DNA of 64,000 bases from Antedon mediterranea. Taxonomy: Eukaryota; Animalia; Echinodermata. The position numbers and the translations under genes are program-made. Of this stretch, positions 1 through 11,300 are shown in pieces. The stretch is taken from positions 31,344,912 to 31,408,911 of the forward strand of contig NC_092675.1 of the NCBI RefSeq assembly GCF_964355755.1, written 5' to 3'. Positions within the stretch are counted from its first letter, which is position 1. The number at the start of each line of letters is the position of its first letter. The notes under the pieces were generated by a model. That model was not told the origin of the DNA. It was given only the letters and a program-made list of their open reading frames with translations, and searched no databases.

Positions 1-1746
1 AATACAATAAAATAAATAAAAATGTTTTATTTCATTATGTTTTGACTTTTGTATTTCATATACTTAACACATGTTATTATATTCACCAAAACACCATTTT
101 ATTAATATGTGTACTGTTATGTAAATGTATAACTGATATATGAGGGTCATTTATTTATCAATAAAGCATTCTAGATGAAATTTCCAAGTAAGAGAAATTG
201 AATTGATTCGTAAGTCAGTGCTTAATTAATTTCCACCAAATAGTCTTCATCATAGTGAATGGATTAATATTATCTAATTACTTGTAAGATTATATCAGAA
301 TTGCCATGGTGACCATGCATATGACATCATCAGATCAATGACATCACAGTCATTATAATCTATTTTGAGAAGCAAGTATTCAACATCTTTTTAAAACTGT
401 AGAATTTTAATATTTTGTGTATGCTGTTTATTTTAATGTATAAATGTTATAAAAATTACTATAAAAATATTATTAGAATGTTAATGAACATGAATTGTAG
501 AACTAAAATGCAGGTTATTATCAGAGTATTAGTAAAACTTTGTAACTTGATTAAATGTTATTGTTGAAAAGTTTGCATAGCGAAAATACTCTAACTAGAA
601 TAATAGTAAGGTTTCCAGGACACCATTTGATTCCTAAAAAGTAAAGACAAGTTTTGACCTTTAACACAAAGGCTTACTTTATCTTTAGGATTTACATTTT
701 GTACCAAAAACCTTACTATTCTTAATGAAGAAATGATCTTAAAAAATATTAATTAGCATTTTGTAAACATACATAAAATCAATGTTATTGAATTTTTAGT
801 TTCTATGGAAACTGTATTATGTACTGATTATGTTTTATCTCTAAGATTGAATTTCAACGACCGGGTACACAAATCAATTAAAGCTCTTTGTGTACTGGAC
901 TCTTTACTATGGATTGTACGACTCAATATCTATGACAGCTAATTTAACAGTTTTAGCATTGATGATGTTTTCTTGTATTTTAACAAAATGTGTTTGTTCA
1001 GATATTATCTTTACCTAGTATTGTCTATCTTTACTCTAGGATAAGCAAAGATATGTAGACAAGTATTAGATGTAAAATGTCATATAAATGAAATATAGGT
1101 TTAATCAAGAGACAAATTTGACATTTTCCAATCAGTTGCATAAAAGTAAATGTTTAGCACTGTAACATTAGATAAAATAAGCCATAGACATTGTGTCTGT
1201 AATGTCTGTAAGGCTAATGCAATATGATAATGGTTGATGTTGTCGGCCAATTGGATAAATTATAGCCTATATAAAAATGTTCATATGTAAAAACATGCAA
1301 AACCCAAACCCAATCACCAGCTTATAATAAAAATTGAATTGAAGTTCTTTTCTATTTAAACCCTATCCACATGCATCAGGACTTGGTATAGTTGATTAAA
1401 TTTACATTAGTTTCCATAATTACAGTTTTTATAATTGACGTTTTATTTTCAATAATATATTTAAAATATTAGAACATATAATTAAATGTAATAATTTATG
1501 TTAAAACACAAGGTTAAAATGTTCTGTGTAGAATCAAATGTTTAATGTGCCCAGTGCTACAATTGATATATCTCCCCATTATGTTAATAATACAAACATT
1601 GAAATAATTAATACATAAATAGGAATTTCAAATGAGTTCAACTTATTGTAAGAATAAACTTAGATGTGTTTTTAGAACCATGAAATTAAGTATTAAAGGT
1701 AAAAAGATAAAAAATAGAATGAAAATAATGATTGTAAAACTGTGTT

Positions 1747-1838
1747 TGCTCAACGTTTTGAAGGGTTTCTAGATGCGAGAGTAGTAGATAGATGCTCAAC
1801 GTTTTGAAGGGTTTCTAGATGCGAGAGTAGTAGATAGA
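1747..1838. repeat. ~46-bp perfect tandem duplication
   Basis: tgctcaacgttttgaagggtttctagatgcgagagtagtagataga x2. Confidence 0.9.
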
Positions 1839-2129
1839 AAGTGATAGCTTTAGTAACCCTCATGCTGCTGTATCTATGTTGCTTAATTTTCATGAGTCCT
1901 TGCTTAACATGCAATCTACTCACATGCTTACTTCCATCACCTTATACAGTGGTAGAACCAGCAACATGCACACCGTATCATCCCTCTATTTAGTGGTAGC
2001 ACCAGCAGCAACGGGGGGTCAGGTGTAACATGCACACCATTCTACTATAAATGGTGGCTGCATTCAGGGCAACATGGGTTTCTTAATATCCTGGGACCGA
2101 GTAAATGAGTTGACCTTTTCCCTACATAC

Positions 2130-2179
2130 TACAACAACCCACTCCCCTCCCCTATGCCTGGTGCCACCACTGAGCCTAT
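2130..2179 (-). CDS. AP3D1: Candidate AP3D1 alternative exon 9b: (D)RLSGGTRHRGGEWVVV
   Basis: Exactly 50 nt and phase 1->0, like exon 2377-2328. Preceded by branch-point-like ttctaac plus ttgcattttttggtag and followed by donor gtatgt; open in frame. Protein similarity to exon 9a is weak. Confidence 0.45.
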
Positions 2180-2327
2180 CTACCAAAAAATGCAAGTTAG
2201 AATGTTGGATTGTGAATAATGTTGGTGATAAGTGGGTGGTGATATACTTAGCTATCAGGGTACAGCCTTGAAAAAACAAACAGAATGACGCCCTCTTGGG
2301 ACGACTTCACACAATGATCGTATGTAC

Positions 2328-5300
2328 CTGAATTGAGGCGGAGTGGTCAGGTATCCCTGAAGATAACGAAATTAAAACTGTAAGTTAAAAAAAGAAGAAA
2401 AAGAAAGCGCATTTAGGACAAATATTCCGCAACCAGGGATGCTATCATACAGGAATCATCTACACCGTTTAATGAAGCTTGTGGTTGAAAACTGTTTATT
2501 CAATTTATTATAATTTGTCTCTACAATATTAGTAGTAAAGTTACTGCTGGTACTTTAAAATAGTAACACAATTGTGTATATCTTGTATAATAATTGAACC
2601 ATAGCTTGTTAAGGTGTGAGGATCCCTGATTGCGTGGTTCAGATTGCAACATGGGTTTAGGAAGGTGCACATGTTCACTACCATACATTATAAGCACAAC
2701 ATCAACAAATACTTTAAATAATCATGAAAACAATATTCAATTTAAAAAATATAATAATAATATTAATAATAATAATAAGCTGTGAATATGTTGCAACCTG
2801 TCACCACATTATTTCAATTTCTCAAAATGACAAATAAAAAAACTTCGCAAAATTGCATGCACACAGTATAAACAATATGCTAATGACAAATCCCTATATC
2901 ATCTACTCCTATAGGAACTTTTCTAGAGTTAATTACTATCTCGCTGGTAAGTGTGTATGTCTTGAGATAATAAACCAAGAATTAGGTCCTAAATGTCTAT
3001 AATAGTCTATACATAATTTGAAAAACAAATAAAATAGATTGCGTGATTGTTCAATTTTCATCTGAATGCGTAAACATGACACTGAGGACAAAGTAGTTTC
3101 TTTTGATCTATTCTAAATCTAAGTCACATAATAAATTTATCTTTAACATTTTAAACTAGAAAGAAATCATTATTTAAATTATCTAAGAATGTTATTTAGC
3201 GTATAAGTTATCCTGTTATCATAGTGTAAATTATATTAACAAAATGTTGGCCATCTTGGGTTGTTATTTATAACACTTTTGGTACAATTTTGTGTCATAC
3301 ATGTCTAGTATGTAAACGTCTAAAACTAGCTGATATTAAATCATTCTATAGCCTGTGAAAACTATATACATTTATGAGAATAGCAAAAAAATGTACTAAG
3401 ACAAAAATATTACTACAAAACATGTACAACAACATTAATAAAAAGCCAAAAAGGAGAGCAGTTACATTGACTAACCATTGCCTTACTGTTGACCAATGCA
3501 ATTGGAAAAAAGACTGTAAAACTATATTTATTTTTTACAAATTGAAAAACTGTACGCAATCAAACAACCAACAATACACCGACCACACCACCTACATATT
3601 ACGTTTTCCTTTTTAATTTTGTATAAATTATGATTAATTTACAAACTTACATAATTGTTGATAAAGTAAAGATTTGAAATTATAAAATATGCACATAAAT
3701 TATTGTGAAATATCCGAATAAATTTAAAGACAAACAAAAGGTTAACAAATGAATTAAACTAGTATGTGGCCACCAATGTTATTGTTGATTGTATTGATAT
3801 ACTTAGCACTGTTTAATGAATTAGGTGAGTGCTTACCTGCTATCACAGTGTTGATACATTCATATAGTAACGACATCGCTGATGTGCTACAAAAAATATA
3901 TCAAACAGAAAAATAGGTAATATTAATACAGCATGCCACAGTAGGCGGAGTTAAAAGCTTTTTGAAATTGTGAATTATTTGCTATATATTTTTCTTTCTT
4001 ATATTATTTGTATATAAATTGTTATGAATGACCGTTTACTACTAACTGCTTTATGAACTGTACAATTGTCAGCCATTGACTGCTATTTGCAATTTTGTAT
4101 TAAATAAATATACATTGAAAACTGAATATATATTATTATTATATATAACAATATTAACAAATTATTACACCATCAAGGAAATTTAAGGAAATACGTTTTC
4201 AAATGGTTTCTTTTTATAAAATAATATATATATTTAAATACTGTATAACAAGTCTAATAATAATATCAATGGGCATTGATTATTATTATTATTATAACTG
4301 TGTATACTATACACAATGTAGAAATAGAGGTATTTGCATAATGTTCAAAGCAATATCTAATACCAGCAAGTCATGTACTACAATCAAATGTGATTAAAAA
4401 AGTCATTCTAGGCCTTTTTTATGAGACATAATTAATATTTTGTGGAAGTTCCAATATTGTTTATTTGTTTATTTTGTTGCTTACCTTCTTGATGTTAATT
4501 TGATTAAATTTTAATGTATTAATAAAGAATTGAATTGTACAGATGGTGACATCATGATATTATAAAATATGTTCTTATATCTAATTAGTAATAAAATAAA
4601 GAAATTTATTTAAGCTTTTTATATAAAAAATTACAGAGCACATATTGTCTGCAAAGGTCAATGTTAATTGGATTCCTCCTCTAACATTGCTGCTTCTCAC
4701 AAATTAATAATTTATAAAATCAATATTTAAAAGTATTCCATTAAAGTAAACTGATTGGATTTTTAATTCATTCAGGAATAAATAAATTATCATTTCAACA
4801 ATTGTTTCAGTTTGTTGCTAAAATAATTATGATTTACTCTAATAGAAAATAAAGCTTACCTGTGAATAAGATTTGTGAGAGGCTCAATTAATTTCTTACC
4901 CAATCGGGGCTCTAGTGGAGTCAATGCACCAAACTTTATAAAAGAATCAAATGTATTAAGATGTGTTTATAAAATGCATGCAATGTTATAATGCAAGGTC
5001 TCAATATATTAAACATTAATGTGAGCCTAAGGTCAACCATTATAATTTGTAATCCATAATTACTATAATGCTTTCTAAATATTTGAATTACATTTATAAA
5101 TTGAAAATCATTCAACATTTATTATGTCATTGTTTAGTTATTTTAATTTATTTGCCATATTTATTGATGATGATATTACCTATTCAATGATTTAGGTAAA
5201 TAACAATATAATATGTACATTCAAATTTAACATTTGTTGGGATTTTAATATAAAATACATAGGCGCTTTAAAACTGAAAGATTGCATAAAATCTCTGTTA

Positions 5301-8300
5301 AAGGATCACAATAAAAGGATGTATTAGCATTGTATGTGACAGTACTCTAGTCTATGCTTGCTTTCAATTTGTAAAGACCATCCCTGAACAAGATGGTCCC
5401 TATGTATCAATACATATACCGTAATCAGATTTCTGATATGAAGTGAAATAGTCAAACATACGACAGTATACCAAAAACCCATTATAATGTTTTTATATGA
5501 TCTGATTTCAAAATAATCACTAAAATTGTCTAAAGTTCAAGATTTGTTAGGTATTCAACAAATAGATTTGTATCACTACATCTCTTCATAAAGATGATGG
5601 TGTTATTAGAATAAAAACAAAAGAGTACAAGACTGTTATTCCATTATAAAGCCTGTTTTCCAGTCGACGTTGAATTGCATTGATTCAAACATTTTACAGG
5701 AAAAGGGGGAAAAAATTTACAATCTAAGTTATTAACAATACGATTGTTAAAACTGACAATCAAATGGTTTAAAAATTACGTTCTACAAATAACAACAAAA
5801 TATAAGTTACCAATTTGATAATCTTAATGAGCATCCAGTTGTTAGTTGAACTTGTCATAAGTTTAAAGAAAAGAGGAGCAAGTGAAAGATAGTTCTTAGG
5901 GTTCTTCCGAGCAAGTTCACAAATGACGTTAACTGCAGCCGATTGTACACCAGGGTCTGGATCCTCAAGCTTCTCCTTTAAACGAGGAAATGCCGGACGT
6001 AATGCCTCCGGAAACTAACAAAAACCAAGAAAAATGTCAATATTATTGCTTGAATTACAATCAAATTTGGTAAAAATGATGCGCTAGTCGAGGAATAACT
6101 ACGGTAGTTACTATAGTGGCGGGTACAGAAATTATGCCTACTGTACTGTACATTCAGTAGATATTGTATGATGCCTATAGGTTTTAAAAACATTCAATGG
6201 TCTTTTATCATCTTTATTCATTTTTTACACATTTCTTATTGACATTAAAATAATTCTCACTCTATCTAAACTAAACAAATTATCAAATTCTGTAAATTTA
6301 GTAGATAGCTTAATATTAGGTCTATACATTTTTATCTTATCTTATCTTATCTTATCTTAGATAGCTTAATATTAGGTCTATACATTTTTATCTTATCTTA
6401 TCTTATCCTAGATAGCTTAATATTAGGTCTATACATTTTTATCTTATCTTATCTTATCCTAGATAGCTTAATATTAGGTCTATACATTTTTATCTTATCT
6501 TATCTTAGATAGCTTAATATTAGGTCTATACATTTTTATCTTATCTTATCTTATCCTAGATAGCTTAATATTAGGTCTATACATTTTTATCTTATCTTAT
6601 CCTAGATAGCTTAATATTAGGTCTATACATTTTTATCTTATCTTATCTTATCCAAGATAGCTTAATATTAGGTCTATACATTTTTATCTTATCTTATCTT
6701 ATCTTATCCTAGATAGCTTAATATTAGGTCTATACATTTTTATCTTATCTTATCTTATCTTATCCTAGATAGCTTAATATTAGGTCTATACATTTTTATC
6801 TTATCTTATCTTATCCTAGATAGCTTAATATTAGGTCTATACATTTTTATCTTATCTTATCTTATCTTATCTTAGATAGCTTAATATTAGGTCTATACGT
6901 TTTTAAGATTCAATTCAATGGATAATAATGTTTTATTACCTTCAAAAATATTTTGTACATTAGTAATACAGCTTTCTTTCTCACATATGGTCTTGTTGAT
7001 GCCATCTGTAGAAAATCAGAATTCATTTTAATATTATAATTGTTATCATTAATAATTCCAAAATAGAATTATTGATCAATATATTTCTAATTAATAATTT
7101 CTTTTTGTAACACAATTTAAAGATAACGAAATTAAATGTAATGATGCATTGCTACAAAATTATTATTCTTTAGCTCAGTTGAGAATCTTGTTTGTAGCTA
7201 TTGTTTGCTGATAGTGAAATAAAATTACAAATTAAATGAATACGTAGGTATGCATTAGTTGATATGATGATTGGCAAAATGACTTATGAAAGTGAACAAG
7301 TGCAAAATACAATCAAATAACAAGACACTTTGTAAACCACAATGTGAAATACCTAACAACAATTATTGAATATACAATGCATATTCATTATACAATCACG
7401 CATATTCATTATACAATCACGCATATTCATTATACAATCATGCATATTCATTATACAATCATGCACAATTCACATCAAAATTTACCTACAGTACGTCATT
7501 AGTAGGGAATGAAGGACACTCATCAACATCAATAATAAAGTTAGTCAATTTTAAAAAACAACATTTGAAAGTAATACAAAAATAATAACTAAAATGATGG
7601 CATTGAAATAGACACTTGGCACTTAACTGTTAATGTTATTATTAATGTGATTCCATCTTACACTAGCCTAACAAGTATTCTGATTTATTACAGCTTGCAG
7701 GTTCTGTCTAGCACTTTAGCATAAATTGTTTTGGGCTAAGTGTTTTGTTTACGTTAAGTGTTGTCCAATCTCTTGGCATAACAACATAAACAAACATTAA
7801 ATTTCTTAAATCTACACTGTATCGTTACTTAGAGGAAACTAAGAAAAGAACATAATTTATCTATTGTTAACTGAGTATCAAAGACTTATACAGTAATAAG
7901 ATTTTGTTTATATAGAGCTTGTGTATATTTTGTCTTGTGAATAGAATTACTCATTGAGAATGAGATATTATCATCACTTTTGATTTACCTAGAAAACTTA
8001 TTAAATAAGATTGATTTGAGATAAAATTTAAAATTAAAATGATTTATATAATAGCAACCTAGTGTGCACTAAACCATAATGAACTGTACACCAAATGTAA
8101 GTTTTCCCTTGATCATGCAGCTTGATCTTGATCATGCAGCTTGATCTTGATCATGCAGCTTGATCAAGATCATGCAGCTTGATCTTGATCATGCAGCTTG
8201 ATCTTGATCATGCAGCTTGATCTTGATCATGCAGCTTGCCACAACATAATAAAAGACAAACCATCAAGATACTGCAGCAGACGTAAGAAGGAGAAATGCC

Positions 8301-11300
8301 AATTGATGGAAAAGCTAAGGGTAATCTGCATGATGATCATGCACCTTGTATACTTTATTTGATTGCATCCATGCACAATGTAATGATCACAGTCATAATA
8401 TTGAATATGAGAATATTGAAGTCTATATTACTAAATTAATATGGTAGCAAATATAATCCCATTTAAACAATATAATAATGCTAATAATCTCAGAAGTTAA
8501 AAATAATAAAGATGATGTTGCTAACAAACAAGATTCTTCATCTGAGAGACGCAATATTGTGGCTAAGTAAGAGGGAAGACTGGGTCTGTACCATGACCAA
8601 ATAATAGACCGCTCCCATGTAGTAGTACCTACTCACCAGTGTCATGAGGTCATTGGCCAGATCTCGGGCCAGGTCAGGGGAGATAAAACATGCAAGACCA
8701 GTCATGGCAACCCCAGCGTCGTATTGCTGAAAACTGTTAACATCCTATGAGAAAGACTAAATGTATTACTAAAGCATGCAAAAACAATGACATCAATGAC
8801 GACGACACCAAAGAATGTGCACATTACAAGTAGACTTACAGATCAAATAGATACTTTTTAATTCTTTTATTTAATGCTTTAATTAATAATTGGTTTGAAA
8901 AAAGTCAAATATCTTAGATGAATGTTTTCTTTTCACTGATCTGTTTTCTATTTGTAATCTACACTCACCAAAGGAATGGACAACTATCCAGGGTAAACAT
9001 TTCATGCTGCCCTCAACGTTGTGTAACTTACCAAAGCCATGATATCATTGGCTAGATCTCGAGCAAGGTCAGAGGTCAAGAAGCATGACAGCCCATTGAG
9101 GGCGATTGCAGTATCGTACATTTGTTGACTGCTTAATTCCTGGAAAATAGCTTACTTAATTGTGCGTATCCCTTCATATCTCATGATAGTTAGTATAAAG
9201 GCTAACTTTCTCTCAATCCACAATTATACTTTATACACAATGATTTAAAGATTACAAGATTTTTTTTCATTAAAAATTATTTAAAGAATATTACCAAAAG
9301 CTTAGGACAAACATATTCAAGGACAAATTTCTATATTTTGTTTCAGTTAATACAAATTAACACATTTGCAATTGATATGTTCTGTAAAACAAACTCATAG
9401 AATGAAATCTCATTCAAACATTTTTATCAATGATTCTTAACTTGAAAATGTAGACAATTCTAAATCTTTCTTTTGTACTTTTCAGTAAAACAATCAACAT
9501 TACTGGAGATTTTGGTCCTACCTTGCGTATCATATTTGTTGTTAGCATGAGGACATCAGTGCCTTCATGAAAACTTTGAGAGGCTGCTAAGTAACCTATA
9601 CGTTTAAATGTGAACTTAGGAGAGCTCATTACTTCTATAATGTTGAATGCAGCCCATGACACATCATATCCTAGAAGTTGTAACTGCAATCATAAAAATA
9701 CATTGTTTTAGCATATTTCAATACATTTAAAGAAGTAATCATAACAATACATTGTTTTAGCATATTTCAATACATTTATGAAGTAATCATAACAATACAT
9801 TGTTTTAGCATATTTCAATACATTTAAGAAGTAATCATAATACATTGTTTTAGCATATTTCAATACATTTAAGAAGTAATCATAAAAATACATTGTTTTA
9901 GCATATTTCAATACATTTAAGTTATGTACTCTACAGTAGGCTCTTGGTAACATGAAATATGAATTAATGCATTTAAATACATACAAATTGGTAAACATTA
10001 CTATAGTCAGGGATAACCCCAAAGTAGATTCTTGCACACACTCCTGTTATCCATTAAGGGAGGCTATTCCTTTGGTACTGTGCCCATCAGTCTCTACTAT
10101 AGATGTCAATACCTATCCCATTTTGCCATAAGACATGAAAAACATAAAGTACTCTTTATGTATAATTTAAGTATTGACTTACATATGTTAGCTTAGCCAC
10201 TGCATTTGACTTAATTGCAATACTGTCTTGTCTCAACTCTAGTTTGATCTCATCAATACAACTTGCAATGAATTTTGCCTAAAAATACAAAAATGGAGTA
10301 TGATGAAATACATTGCTATACTGTAGTAATAGCGATGCATAATTAAATTATAGCTGTTTTCTAACTAATGTATTTTAAAAAAATATTTAGGGAATAATTT
10401 CACCAGAGTAGCATATACTGTAGTAGCAAAAAGCTTCTGATACAAACCACCTTTTACTGCTACATATTCCAGGGCTGAAAATTAACGGTCGCCCGGTCGC
10501 CAATGGCGACCTTTATTTGGTAAGGGCGAGTATTAATTTTGTGATGGTCGACCCGTCTGGCGACTTCCAGAAACTGCATCCACCTACCTTTTATAACCAA
10601 TCTAGGCCTAGGCTAATAATATATAAGCTAAGTTATAAAGCTACAAGCCTAATGGCAGTCCCTCGTTTTTAAGGATCGCGAGCGCGATCGCACTCAACAA
10701 CCTTCGAAAAGGAGAGCAATTAATCGCGCTCCATCTCACAGTGCGAGGTACCAACAAAGGGGATTCCCCTGCCTGCGCGCATTCAAGGGCGAGTTTACTT
10801 CATCGCCTCATAGTGCAACCAGTAAGGTGTCATAGAAACACCTCCTTTACAGGAAGAACATGTCCCAACCAATAATTTTTCCCTTTATGCTTACTACATG
10901 TTTTTATGGAACGAGTTAATAAAATATACTTAATTTTAAAAGGAAACATTAATATAGGAGGCCTAAATATAATGTTTATTATTTAAAAAGCTTAGCTGCT
11001 GGTTGCTTTAATTATGTCATTTTGAAGATGGATTATTTACGGTGGCCTATAAGTGTCACGGCAACTTTCAAAAAATATCACGGCAACTTTTGAAAAAAGC
11101 CACGGCAATTTGAAAAAAGCCACGGCAATTTGAAAAAAGCCACGGCAATTTGAAAAAAGCCACGGCAATTTGAAAAAAGCCACGGCAATTTGAAAAAAGC
11201 CACGGCAAATTAAAAATAAAACCTCACGGCAAATTAAAAATAAAACATCGCGGCAATTTAACAAAAATACCACGGCAACTTAAAAATGAAACACCACGGC

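Noticed and set aside
861-900. Small hairpin gtacacaaa...tttgtgtac as a snoRNA or miRNA
   Set aside because: Only a 9-10 bp stem and no convincing box motifs.
2620-2680. Third alternative for AP3D1 exon 9 (open frame VNMCTFLNPCC...)
   Set aside because: Weak acceptor and no GT donor at the 50-nt position.
6302-6902. CRISPR-like constant repeat with variable spacers
   Set aside because: The spacers are only (TATCT)n microsatellite, the context is a eukaryotic intron, and there are no cas genes.
9708-11273. ORF-track proteins 9708-10037 and 11037-11273 with repeated peptides
   Set aside because: Translations of a tandem repeat and of transposon subrepeats.
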